A stretch of DNA of 64,000 nucleotides, taken from positions 218,922,001-218,986,000 of the forward strand of contig OZ024741.1 of NCBI GenBank assembly GCA_964016885.1, in the 5' to 3' direction. Position numbers and translations under genes: made by a program. Shown piece by piece: positions 24,065 to 36,620 of this stretch. This stretch comes from Eledone cirrhosa. Taxonomy: Eukaryota. The stretch's first letter is position 1. Each line of letters opens with the position of its first letter. The notes below the pieces were generated by a model. That model was given only the letters and a program-made list of their open reading frames with translations, did not search any database and had not been told where the DNA came from.

Positions 24065-24825
24065 ATTTCTACTATAGGCACAAGGACCGCAATTTTGAGG
24101 GAGGGGAAAGTCGATTAAATCTACCCCACTACATTACTGGTGGTGGTGGTGGTGTAGTTGTTGTTGTTTTAGTGGGGGTGGTAATAATTGTTTCTACTTT
24201 TAGCACAAGGCCAGCAATTATCCCAGTGCATTACTGATACTTTATTTCATCGACTCCGTAAGGATGAAAGGCAAAGCTAACCTCGACGGTGTTTGAACTC
24301 AGAACATAAAGGGCCGTAACTCTATGCTACACAGCATGTTGTCTGGTGCCCTACCGTGGTGCACTAATAATAATAATAAAATGGATGAAGTGTTAAATCT
24401 TCATGACGTGCGTTTCGCGATTGATCAACTCAAGGTTCGATCTATATCGATCGGACCCGACTCGGGAATCAAAAGCTCGTTGTACTTCTGTTATGGTAAT
24501 GACAGAATAATTCCTTCACAGCTGTATATATAACGTCGGCCATCTTGGAATTGCTTTACAGATAAGTAACACAAGCAGATATACTCTAAGACCTATGTTA
24601 GTGCACGTCTTGAAACCTTAGGTAGGAATCAACGATGTTGAGAATTTAGTTATAATAAAGTTCTACTTTTGGCACAAGACCAGCAATTATCACAGTGTAT
24701 TACTGGTACTTTATTTTGTCGACCCCGTAAGGATGAAAGGCAAAGTTAACCTCGGCGGGATTTGAACTCAGACCATAAGGGGACGTAACTCTACCGATAC
24801 TGGCGTCCAACCCTCTACCTATACT
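24065..24825 (-). mobile_element. Meta-type SINE copies (24065-24360, 24660-24825)
   Basis: Repeated CGACCCCGTAAGGATGAAAGGCAAAGTTAACCTCGGCGGGATTTGAACTC. Confidence 0.75.
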
Positions 24826-24892
24826 GATAGTTTAGCTCTGTACTGAACAAAAAGCGTTCTTTTTCCTTTATCTAGTCTACAGAAACCCTTGA

Positions 24893-24935
<43 letters not shown>

Positions 24936-25247
24936 TATATATGTATGTGTGTGTGAATGAAAACTTCTCTGTATATGAATAATGAAAGCCCGCCACGATG
25001 TTGACCTCGGCTAACTAACAACTACAACTAACACGTAAACCAAACATCATTAATCCTCTCTGAATTCACAAACATGTTACCCTACTATCCACCCTGTTGT
25101 CTATAGGTCACACATTATTTTCTTCCAATTACACTGGGTAAGATAATCTGTGTCTGTTTGTCTATGCATGTTGGACTTCCTATAACTTAAATAAGATATA
25201 GCTTGGGACCACAGATCCGCGTGGGTCTCATTTTATATATATATATT

Positions 25248-25720
25248 TAAAAGAAATAGGATTTCGCTTCAAGCATAGCTTTATACAATATGTATAAATA
25301 TTTCGTATCTCCAAAGAAATACGGTTTTAGGAAGCCGTAGCTATGCAAACACCGGGGGGGGGGGGCTAACGCCCTCTGGTGATGTCCAGCAGAAGCAAGG
25401 GGGACAACCGTCTATGCATTTCAGGCTTAACTGGCCTTCATCAGGACGGTCCCTCCCACCGCTTGCGACTGCTGGACTAGAAGACAGGCGAGAATATATA
25501 CATTTCTCGTCTGTGTAAATGAGGTGATTAATCTCATTTGCATATGAAGCTGCATAAGTTGGCTCAACATATAATAAAAAAGAAATAGGATTTCGCTTCA
25601 AGCATAGCTTTATACAATATGTATAAATATTTCGTATCTCCAAAGAAATATAGTTTTAGGAAGCCGTAGCTATGCAACGCCCTCTGAAATGCATAGACGG
25701 TTGTCTCCCTTGCTTCTGCT
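25248..25720 (-). mobile_element. PLE-like pLTR module with ~100-bp direct repeat, hammerhead and terminal inverted fragment
   Basis: 25248-25348 repeats at 25578-25677; 25684-25720 is an inverted copy of 25388-25423. Confidence 0.7.
25401..25453 (-). ncRNA. type I minimal hammerhead ribozyme, best-formed copy in the window
   Basis: GGGA-CCGUC-CUGAUGA-AGGC caguuaa GCCU-GAAA-UGCA-UA^-GACGG-UUG-UCCC; palindromic stem III AUGCAU. Confidence 0.9.
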
Positions 25721-26193
25721 TCTTGTTCTTGTTATTGTTATTGGTGGTGGCAGTGTTTTTGTTGTTGATTTTAGCGTGGGTGTTGATGATATTGTTGTTG
25801 TTATGTTAGTGGTGTTGGTGGTAGTACTGTTGTTGTTATTGTTAGTGAGGTCACTGTTGTTGTTATTGGTGTTGTTGCTGTTGGTAGTGAGATCACTGTT
25901 CTTGTTATTGGTGATGAGGTCACTGGTGGTGGTGGTGGTGGTCATGGTGAGGTCGCTGTTCTTGTTATTGTTGTTATTGCTGTGTCTTATCATAACCAAC
26001 TATATAGTTTCTAAAGTTGGTGTGGAATGGTTAAATAAGTATTATTTACAATAAATTACATTATTAAACAATATCAAATGTCTTATTACACACATAAAAA
26101 CACTGTAGTGAAGTTGGTGGTGGTGGTGGTGGGGAGAGCTAAAGAGGGATGTTGTGATGTTCATACATTTCCCTGACATATTATTAGTGAATA

Positions 26194-28235
26194 TGGTGGA
26201 TTGGCAGTATTGGTAGAGGGTCGGACACCATGCTTTGATGCATAGAGTTACGGCCCTTGCCATTCTGAGTTCAAATCCCACCGAGGTTAACTTTGCCTTT
26301 CATCCTTACGGGATCGATAAAATAGAGTACCAGTAATGTACTGATAATTGCTGGCCTTGTGCCAAAAGTAGAAACAATTATTAGTGAATAGTAGGCACAG
26401 ACTGACTGAATGGTTTAGGGGTTTGTTTTGTAATCATTGGACTAGGACTTTGATCCCAACACCATGGTGTCTTGGGTAGAGGTCATTTACCATAGCCTCC
26501 GGCTGACTCCTATTTTGAGGGTGAAATTAGATAGACAGAGACTACGTGGAAGCCTGTCAGATCAACTGTACTTATAATCCAAAAGGTTAGCCTTGCTTCA
26601 TACTGTCATGCTGAATCTCCCTGAGAATTATATTAAGAGTATACGTGACTGTGGAATGCTCAGCCACTTAAACATTCATTTCATAAGCTATCTGCTCCGT
26701 TGATCGAACAACTGGAACACTCTTCGTCGAAATCGATAGAGGTCCATTCCATTAGTAAATATACGGCACTTTGACACCAGAGTCTTCTTCTATAACCTTG
26801 TGGGTGAGGGGATGGGACCCTTGCTTTTGAAATTGGGTAGACAGAAACTGTGTGGTAAGACCGTTTGTTGAACTGATTTTTTTGTGTGCCTGTTTTTTTT
26901 TGTTGTTTTTTTAAACCATTATTTAAGGGTGGTGGATTGGCAGAATCAGTAGAGTGTCTGACAACATGTTTTGTGGTATATAGTTACGGCCCTTTACGTT
27001 CTGAATTCAAATTCCGTTGAAGTCAACTTTGCCTTTCATCCTTACAGGGTCAATAAAATAAAGTACCAGTAATACACTGGGGTCAATTTAATCGACTTTC
27101 CCCTCTCTCCAAATTGTTGGCCTTGTGACTAAAGTAGTAACAATTATTTAAGTGATGTATTGGCAGTATTAGTAGAGCGTTGGACAACGTGTCTTGTGGT
27201 ATTTAGTTATGTTCCTTTGCGTTCTGTGTTCAAATCCCGCCGAAGTCAACTTTACCTTTCATCCTTACGGTGTCAATAAAATAAAGTACCAGTCAAGTAG
27301 TGGGGTCAATATAATCAACTTCACCTTCCCCCAAATAGCTGGCGTTGTGCCAATAGAAAATTAATATATATTGTTATCAATTATTATTCGATAAAATAAA
27401 GTACCAGTAATGCACTGGGTAATTGCTGGCCTTGTGCCTAAAGTAGAAACAATTATTATAGTTACGTCCCTTTACGGTCTGAGTTCAAATCCCGCCGAGG
27501 TTCACTTTGCCTTTCATCCTTACGGCGTCGATAAAATAAAGTACCAGTAATGTACTGGGTAATTGCTGGCTTTGTGCCAAAAGTAGAAACAATTATTATA
27601 GTTATCTACATTGTGGTGACTATGTTTTTTTTCTGAATTTCAAAGGTAAGTTATTACCATTATTAATACACTGGGTAATTGCTGTCCTTGTGCCAAAAGT
27701 AGAAACACTTATTTGATAAGGGCGGTGAATTGGCAGTATCGGTAGATGCCATGCTTTCTAGCATAGTTATGTCCCTTTACGGTCTGAGTTCAAATCCTGT
27801 CGAGGTTAACTCTGCCTTTCATCCTTACGGGGTCGATAAAATAAAGTACCAGTAATGTACTGGTAATTGCTGGTCTTGTGCCAAAAGTAGAATCAATTAT
27901 TTGATAGAATCTAAGTTCAAATTCCACCTAGGTCAACTTTGCCTTTCATCCTTTGGGGTCGATAAAATAACGTACCAGTAATCCTCTCGGGGACGATTTA
28001 ATCGACTTTCCCTTCTCCCTATTATTGTTGGCTTTGTGCCTAAAACCAGGGATTGGCAGTATCGGTAGAGGGTCGGACGCCATGCTTTCCAGCATAGTTA
28101 CGTCCCTTTACGATCTGAGTTCAAATCCCGCCGAGGTTGACTTTGCCTTTCATCCTTACGGGGTCGATAAAATAAAGTACCAGTAATGCACTGAGTAATT
28201 GCTGGCCTTGTGCCTAAAGTAGAAATAATTATTTG
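26194..28235 (+). mobile_element. cluster of about 9 co-oriented Meta-type SINE copies and fragments
   Basis: Repeated GAGTTCAAATCCCGCCGAGGTTAACTTTGCCTTTCATCCTTACGGGGTCGATAAAATAAAGTACCAG; first copy has 13-bp TSD TTATTAGTGAATA. Confidence 0.85.
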
Positions 28236-28320
28236 ATAGAATCAGTAAAATATGGGTATTTGATTTGGTTATTTGCACAGTACCGTAGGTGGTGGTGGTT
28301 GTTGTCTTTTTTTTTTTTGT

Positions 28321-28610
28321 GACAGCTCACACCTAGGCAGGTTTAGCTGGCCTCCTCCAAGGTATATTTCGTTGGAGGTGTCTTGCGTGATTTAATGATA
28401 GGGACCCCAGTCCTATCATCTCATTTCGTTGGAGGTGTCTTGCGTGATTTAATGATAGGGACCCCAGTCCTATCATCTCATTTCTACAGCTGAGTAAACT
28501 GGTGCAACGTGAAATAAAGTGTCTTGCTCAAGGAAACAACACATCATCCGGGCCGAGAATTGAACTCACAATCTTTCGATTGCAAGCCCAATGCTCTAAC
28601 CACTAAGCCT
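28321..28610 (-). mobile_element. CORE-type SINE with internal ~58-bp tandem duplication
   Basis: Inverse of 111-330; ATTTCGTTGGAGGTGTCTTG...CTATCATCTC present twice. Confidence 0.75.
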
Positions 28611-28817
28611 TTATTAGCTGGTGGGGTGAGGAAGAGTTTCGCTCTTGGAGGGAAGGAAACACTTTCATGTGTGTTGTATATAGTTGAGTATGTAGGGGAC
28701 CGGAGGGGCAGGGTGTGCAAACTGAAGGTCTTCCTTGGTCAGCACACTACCTAGATCTGCCACTGCATCTATATTTTGAGTTCAAATCTCACCATAATCA
28801 ACTTTGTTCTTATCCTT

Positions 28818-28990
28818 CTGGGGTAGGGTAGGGATGTGGTTGGGGTGGGTTGAGGTCACTGGGGTCGGGTAGGGATGTGGTTGAGGTGGTGCTGAAATCA
28901 CTGGGGTAGGATAGGCATGTGGTTGGGGTGGTGTTGAGGTCACTGGGGTAGAGTAGGGTAGGGATGTGGTTGGGGTGGGGTTGAGGTCAG
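28818..28990 (+). repeat. ~40-bp G-rich minisatellite, 4 copies
   Basis: CTGGGGTAGGGTAGGGATGTGGTTGGGGTGGGTTGAGGTCA. Confidence 0.8.
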
Positions 28991-28992
28991 TA

Positions 28993-29278
28993 TCTATATA
29001 TTACTAAAAGCCTGTGATTGCTTGCTTGCTGGTATGTAAATGTAATACAGCCAAAAGAGCGCATAATAGGAAAATACTTTGAAAGGAAGTTACCCCTGAA
29101 ATGGGAATACAAATGGAATAAATCAAATTTCGCTTAAATCGAAGAACGGGTTCCTGAGATATGGGGCTTTCTGGATACCTTCATAAACAGAGAGAGAGAG
29201 AGAAGGATAGAGAGGAAGAGATAGTGGTTGTGAGAGAGTCGATTGAAGAGAGACATAGAAGAAGAATGGAACAGAGAA

Positions 29279-29313
<35 letters not shown>

Positions 29314-29530
29314 GATAGTGGTTGTGAGAGAGTAGATTGATAGAGAGACATAGAGAGGCGGAGAGGAGACAGAGAAGGAGAATGGAACAGAGAGAGAGAG
29401 CTGGTGGTGTTGTTGTATATATACGGGAATCTGTAGACAGGACCTGGGGGCGGCGATGGGGGACAGGTGTTTCTGGGGCATGAGAGTGAGATCCATCATC
29501 TCGACAGTAGTCGACGAATGATGATGATGA

Positions 29531-29574
<44 letters not shown>

Positions 29575-29664
29575 ATATGTGTGTGTGTGTCTATGACCAG
29601 TGTATATAGATCACAGACACCCACATATATATATACACACATACATACACACACATATATATAT

Positions 29665-29696
<32 letters not shown>

Positions 29697-29889
29697 TTAT
29701 ATATATATACATACATACACACACGTACGTATATAGATATATATATGTATATGGGCCTTCCAGTTTCACTTTACATTATATACATGTCTGTGTATATTTT
29801 AATTATTTAAAAATCATTTTTAAAGTGAACATGGTTTTTAAAAAAATATTTTGAAGTGAACGTGACCCAACGGGTCACGGGTGGTCTAG
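28993..29889 (+). mobile_element. complete non-autonomous Helitron
   Basis: A|TC start (TCTATATATTACTAAAAG), subterminal hairpin CGTGACCC-AAC-GGGTCACG (29861-29879), CTAG|T end. Confidence 0.85.
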
Positions 29890-30107
29890 TTTTCTATTAA
29901 AAATAAAGGAAATAGAAGATCGAATTTTCCCTAATTATTGGGTAAATTATTTTAAATATTTTTACTATAGCTAAAAGAACAAACTAGGAGCTCACGTTGT
30001 TTCTTTTTAAATGTTTGTAGATGTTTGGTCAATTAAAAGAAGTGATCGGTGGTGTTAGTAGTATATATATATGTCACTTGGACACGGGCTGGGGTTTCAT
30101 CAACCTT

Positions 30108-32165
30108 ATTGGGTCATTTGGATGAGGGTGACTATGTTGTAAGACCCTCAGAAACACCCGGTGACTCGAAAATACAACATTGATGATGTGTCCTGTAGTT
30201 GGGTCATTTGGATGAGGGTGACTATGTTGTAAGACCCTCAGAAACGCCCGGTGACTCGAAAATACAACATTGATGATGTGTCCTGTAGTTGGGTCATTTG
30301 GATGAGGGTGACTATGTTGTAAGACCCTCAGAAACACCCGGTGACTCGAAAATACAACATTGATGATGTGTCCTGTAATTGGGTCATTTGGATGAGGGTG
30401 ACTATGTTGTAAGACCCTCAGAAACACTCGGTGACTCGAAAATACAACATTGATGATGTGTCCTGTAGTTGGGACATTTGGATGAGGGTGACTATGTTGT
30501 AAGACCCTCAGAAACACTCGGTGACTCGAAAATACAACATTGATGATGTGTCCTGTAGTTGGGACATTTGGATGAGGGTGACTATGTTGTAAGACCCTCA
30601 GAAACTCCCCGTGACTCGAAAATACAACATTGATGATGTGTCCTGTAATTGGGTCATTTGGATGAGGGTGACTATGTTGTAAGACCCTCAGAAACACCCG
30701 GTGACTCGAAAATACAACATTGATGATGTGTCCTGTAGTTGGGTCATTTGGATGAGGGTGACTATGTTGTAAGACCCTCAGAAACTCCCAGTGCATTGAC
30801 TCGAAAATACAACATTGATGATGTGTCCTGTAGTTGGGTCATTTGGATGAGGGTGACTATGTTGTAAGACCCTCAGAAACACCCGGTGACTCGAAAATAC
30901 AACATTGATGATGTGTCCTGTAATTGGGTCATTTGGATGAGGGTGACTATGTTGTAAGACCCTCAGAAACACCCGGTGACTCGAAAATACAACATTGATG
31001 ATGTGTCCTGTAGTTGGGTCATTTGGATGAGGGTGACTATGTTGTAAGACCCTCAGAAACTCCCAGTGCATTGACTCGAAAATACAACATTGATGATGTG
31101 TCCTGTAGTTGGGTCATTTGGATGAGGGTGACTATGTTGTAAGACCCTCAGAAACACCCGGTGACTCGAAAATACAACATTGATGATGTGTCCTGTAATT
31201 GGGTCATTTGGATGAGGGTGACTATGTTGTAAGACCCTCAGAAACACCCGGTGACTCGAAAATACAACATTGATGATGTGTCCTGTAGTTGGGTCATTTG
31301 GATGAGGGTGACTATGTTGTAAGACCCTCAGAAACACCCGGTGACTCGAAAATACAACATTGATGATGTGTCCTGTAATTGGGTCATTTGGATGAGGGTG
31401 ACTATGTTGTAAGACCCTCAGAAACACCCGGTGACTCGAAAATACAACATTGATGATGTGTCCTGTAATTGGGTCATTTGGATGAGGGTGACTATGTTGT
31501 AAGACCCTCAGAAACACCCGGTGACTCGAAAATACAACATTGATGATGTGTCCTGTAATTGGGTCATTTGGATGAGGGTGACTATGTTGTAAGACCCTCA
31601 GAAACACCCGGTGACTCGAAAATACAACATTGATGATGTGTCCTGTAGTTGGGTCATTTGGATGAGGGTGACTATGTTGTAAGACCCTCAGAAACACCCG
31701 GTGACTCGAAAATACAACATTGATGATGTGTCCTGTAATTGGGTCATTTGGATGAGGGTGACTATGTTGTAAGACCCTCAGAAACACCCGGTGACTCGAA
31801 AATACAACATTGATGATGTGTCCTGTAATTGGGTCATTTGGATGAGGGTGACTATGTTGTAAGACCCTCAGAAACACCCGGTGACTCGAAAATACAACAT
31901 TGATGATGTGTCCTGTAATTGGGTCATTTGGATGAGGGTGACTATGTTGTAAGACCCTCAGAAACACCCAGTGACTCGAAAATACAACATTGATGATGTG
32001 TCCTGTAGTTGGGTCATTTGGATGAGGGTGACTATGTTGTAAGACCCTCAGAAACACCCGGTGACTCGAAAATACAACATTGATGATGTGTCCTGTAGTT
32101 GGGTCATTTGGATGAGGGTGACTATGTTGTAAGACCAGGAACAACCAGTAACTCGAAAATATAAC
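30108..32165. repeat. homogeneous 90-bp tandem array, about 22-23 copies
   Basis: Unit GGGTCATTTGGATGAGGGTGACTATGTTGTAAGACCCTCAGAAACACCCGGTGACTCGAAAATACAACATTGATGATGTGTCCTGTAGTT; two units carry a +5-bp variant. Confidence 0.97.
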
Positions 32166-32639
32166 ACTATATATATATCCGAGGTTTTGCCTCTGTGTAT
32201 ATGTGAAGAACTACGTGTGTTTTCCAGTGGAACTCCTGGTGGTCGATGTTTACTTCTAAACCTTTCCATCACTTACAAAATTACTCTGTGTGTGTATGTC
32301 AGTACATATGTGTGTGCCCGTGAGCAAGTGTGTGTCTGTGTGCGTGTATGGGTATCGGTGCATGTGTATGCAAGAATGTGTGTGTGTATGTGTGTGTGTT
32401 CATAAGTGTGTAAGTGTATGTGTCTGTATGTGTATACTTATGCAAGTGAGTGTGCACGTGTATGTGTCTATATGTGTATACTTATGCAAGTGAGTGTGCA
32501 CGTGTATGTGTATACATGTGTTGGAGTATGTGTCTGTCTGTGTGTAAGGGGGTATAAAGGAACAATGGACTTTCGTCAAATTGGACCGAGGAAACAATGT
32601 TTCCATTGGTCTTTCCAATAGCTAATATTATCTATCGGT

Positions 32640-32762
32640 AGAAGGAGCAACGTGAAATAAGGTGTCTTGTTCAAGGACATAACGCATCGCCTGGTCCGGG
32701 AATCGAACTCACAACCTCACGATTGCGAATCCAATTCTCTAACCACTCAGCCGCACGCCTTC
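32640..32762 (-). mobile_element. CORE-type SINE 5' portion
   Basis: GCAACGTGAAATAAGGTGTCTTGTTCAAGGA...GAATCGAACTC...CTCTAACCACT. Confidence 0.65.
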
Positions 32763-33031
32763 ACTTAAGGGGATATATGTAGCTAATGTACATTGAGCTA
32801 CGTCTCTTTAAGACACAAGCCAATTAACCATTCGTTATATTGTGATCGAATGCGTCGGAGCTACAGAATCGTTAGAACGGGGTAGAAGTTCTGCGGTATT
32901 TGGTCTAGTTTTCTGCGATCTGAGATCAAATCTTGCTGAGGTCAGATTTGCTTTTCATCCTTTCGAGGTCAATAAATAAAGTTATCAGTTCAACACTGGA
33001 TCGATATCTTCTCTCTCTCCCTCCCTCTCTC

Positions 33032-33125
<94 letters not shown>

Positions 33126-33169
33126 TCTCTCTCTCTCTCCCTCTCTCTCTGTCTATCTATCTCTCTCCC

Positions 33170-33250
<81 letters not shown>

Positions 33251-33509
33251 TCCTCTTCTTCGCCTGCCGCTACTTCTTCCTGAAAAACAATCGACTTTGT
33301 TTAGACTTGGAGAAAGATTTACTCTGTTAGGTTTCAAGTGCCCAAGACACGGCATGTCACGACAGTGCCCCCCCCCCCACACAAATCTATCAGGAGCTAG
33401 GTCCATAGATACATGATGACATCGAGAAAATAAAGTTAAATTTACAGATATACACCCGTCTCATGTTTGGTTGGAATTTCTTTTGACTTTCGATTAGTAC
33501 CTTTACCTT

Positions 33510-36154
33510 TGTAGTGACCTACATTCCGCGGGCTCACATACATTCTCTGTGCGTGATTTGGCTCAGTTCAGCCAATCAGCGCCAGTAGAAGAGGATGTAT
33601 CCCTACGCGCCCTGAGGAAGAAATTCCCCGCGAAGATTTGAAGAATCTCTCTCTTGTACCAGAAACTTCGAGCCAGCAACACGCATAATGTAACGGTGAG
33701 ATTTTGCACCCTAGCCTCGCCGGCTTTTCGGCGCAATGGCATATTCCCTTTTGTAACCTCTTCTTATCTGTAACTTCAACCATATAAGTTAACAAACATT
33801 GTTTGTACTACATCAAAAATAAACATACACTTCATCTCTAATTACTGCTGTTGAAATCATTATTATGTTACTCGTGTCTCAATAACATCTATAATCCATG
33901 CTGCTGGAATTGGCGACCTGACGAAAGGAATATTGTAGATAGATGGTAAATAGATCGAGGGACCTTCCCTCACGTCTATGTCCACAAGATAATCCAACGA
34001 CCTTCAATCATCTACCCTGTTAAAGTAACGACTACTCAATAACCACTGATTCACCACCCTGCTAAAGTGGTGACCGACGTAAGAATTTAACGCAGCCCTT
34101 CTTTTTTATTCAGTTGAACTTTTATTGCCACGTTGCCAACCTTTTCGCAACTTGCGAAAATAAAAAATATTTCTTTTAAGATTTTTGAAAAATTAGCAGT
34201 ATTTCAAAAACTTTTCGCCACGAAGAAATTTCAAAATTGCTACCGACAAGTCCTGTCTACGATCAAAAAAGACAACATTGTTTAGCCACTGACCAAAACA
34301 GGGAATAGTGAGTGGCAGCTTTATAGCCTTACCGACGCAAACCACCACACATCGGAAATTTCAGGACGGCTTGTAGCTTTACCGACGCAACCACCATACA
34401 GACCTTCTGTCTCGTTACCACAGGGACTCGAGAAATTGAGACAGTAGTTTTCTCACCATTATGGCGTCAGACGTGGCTGCCATGTTTGGTGACTGCTACT
34501 CTACAGAAGATTCTTTGACTTTGCTTTAACAATAAGCAACACAACCGTGTGGCGGGACGGTAAAATGGCCACGAAAACTCACAAAAACACCATACATCTA
34601 ACCCCTAACGGCATTAACAAACTTCTTTTTCAGTTTTCAGATAGAACTAGTGTCTGTACACTGGTGATGTGTGAACTATTTGACTTTGAAAAACTTTGAA
34701 CTTATTGAGCAATTTCTCTGCTCCCTTAGATTGACTTTGAATTATCAGTTTGTTACATTCACATATTTCTTTGTAGAATGCATTTACTTGTTTTGTGCTC
34801 TTTTGCTATTTGCTTGCTAATGGTTTTGTTCATTCACATTCTTTGCTGTTTTACATGCCTACATATGTACACATTTTTTTATCACACACCAACATGTTGT
34901 TCTTGGTATATGTTCTTCAAACGTAATATTTTGCGAGTCCCTTTTCACCTGGTTGAGATGCTGTCACATGCTAGCAGCTCACAGAGCTTAATCCACTGGA
35001 TTCAAACAGGCACCGCAACACGAGAATACTAATTGCAGCTGAACTCAAACAGCATCGCATCTCGTTGCACACTGATCGTCCATGACGGCCATCCGTCTTG
35101 TTGTTTTTGCCCGACTCGCTGGGAAAGCAACAAATTGAACTGGACTTGTCAGCATTTCGGCCACTTCTGTAGATTCGCCCGAATTATGGAATTTACACTG
35201 CAACCCACCTACAGATTAAACTTGCTTTTTTTTTCTTTACAAAGCAACCAGCCATTTTTCCCTGGCTCCACAGCACATTCGACAATACATCTGGGGGCCA
35301 TCATTTTCTCGCCAGCACTGGTAAACTACCATAATAGCTTCGTTCACAGCTACTGGTACAACGCTTACCATTAACATTTAATGCAAGAACAGCAACTTCG
35401 CCCATGTCAGACTTTATCTGTTTTCTGGTAGGCCCTTGAGGGTCTCGTTTAAACTACAAGACAGCTAGTCATTTGACAGCGGCTCAACACGGCCCGTCGC
35501 GCCTAATTTTTTTTTTGTTCTTGCATGAATCTTCTGCTCAATTATTTTTTCACTGATGTGCTCTTTCAGCATTTGTTCTTGCTGATTCAATAATATGTGG
35601 GTCCTTGGTTTCTTCGTTATCGATTTTCGGCTGAAAATCTGGTCGGAGGTGATGTAGTGACCTACATTCCGCGGGCTCACATACATTCTCTGTGCGTGAT
35701 TTGGCTCAGTTCAGCCAATCAGCGCCAGTAGAAGAGGATGTATCCCTACGCGCCCTGAGGAAGAAATTCCCCGCGAAGATTTGAAGAATCTCTCTCTTGT
35801 ACCGGAAACTTCAAGCCAGCAACACGCATAATGTAACGGTGAGATCTTGCACCCTAGCCTCGCCGGCTCAACGGCGCAATGGCACATTCCCTTTTGTAAC
35901 CTCTTTTTATCTGTAACTTCAACCATATAAGTTAACAAACATTGTTTGTGCTACATCAAAAATAAACATACATTTCATCTCTAATTACTGCTGTTGAAAT
36001 CATTATTATGTTACTCGTGTCTCAATAACATCTATAATCCATGCTGCCGGAATTGGCGACCTGACGAAAGGAATATTGTAAATAGATCGAGGGACCTTCC
36101 CTCACGTCTATGTCAACAAGATAATCCAACCACTGATTCTACCACCCTGCTAAA
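33510..36154 (+). mobile_element. degenerate non-autonomous Gypsy-like LTR retrotransposon
   Basis: LTRs 33510-34066 and 35653-36154; TSD CCTT; PBS TGGTGACCGACGT at 34068 (tRNA-Trp-like, 2 nt short); purine-rich GGTCGGAGGTGA before the 3' LTR; no intact internal ORF. Confidence 0.85.
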
Positions 36155-36460
36155 CCTTCATCAACAAAAAAATATATACTGTAATATTTTCACAGGGCGG
36201 TGGATTAGCAGAGTCGTTAGAGCGTCAGACAACATGCTTTGCAGTGTGTAGTGGTGGTGATGACAATGACCTCTAAGTGGGTTGTTTTTAAGACTATTGT
36301 TTTCGTATCTTTTCAACAAATCTCACCTCCCAAGCCGGCAGAAAACGTAGGTTCTTTTAGAAAACGGAGATAGATGTTTAACGAAGGGTATTTTTTAATA
36401 ATTTTAGATGGTTATATGTGATTATTAGAAATTATTATAACAGGAATAAATGATTTAGTT

Positions 36461-36620
36461 TACGAGGTGTGTCGGAAAAGTTCCAGGACTGATGTCACAA
36501 ACGATTTATTTCAAACCAAAACTTCACATTAAGAGTTTTCTCCTTGAAAGTAATCCCCCTGGAGTATGTAACTGTAATCTTAGCTCTCTGCAGCGATCAA
36601 ACTTTTTTCTTCATAATTTT
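36461..36620 (+). mobile_element. mariner-like terminal remnant
   Basis: TA|CGAGGTGTGTCGGAAAAGTTCC...GATTTATT...GTAATCCCC resembles a mariner end. Confidence 0.5.

Noticed and set aside
24400-24430. Minus-strand GAAACGCACGUC half hammerhead
   Set aside because: No matching CUGANGA with stem I found nearby
30074-32144. Long minus-strand ORFs of 30-aa repeats; CRISPR-like appearance
   Set aside because: They come from a 90-bp tandem unit lacking stops in one frame and are broken by +5 variants; there are no unique spacers and no cas genes
34778-35374. ORFs inside the LTR element as gag or pol
   Set aside because: No recognisable gag, protease, RT or integrase motifs in the translated frames
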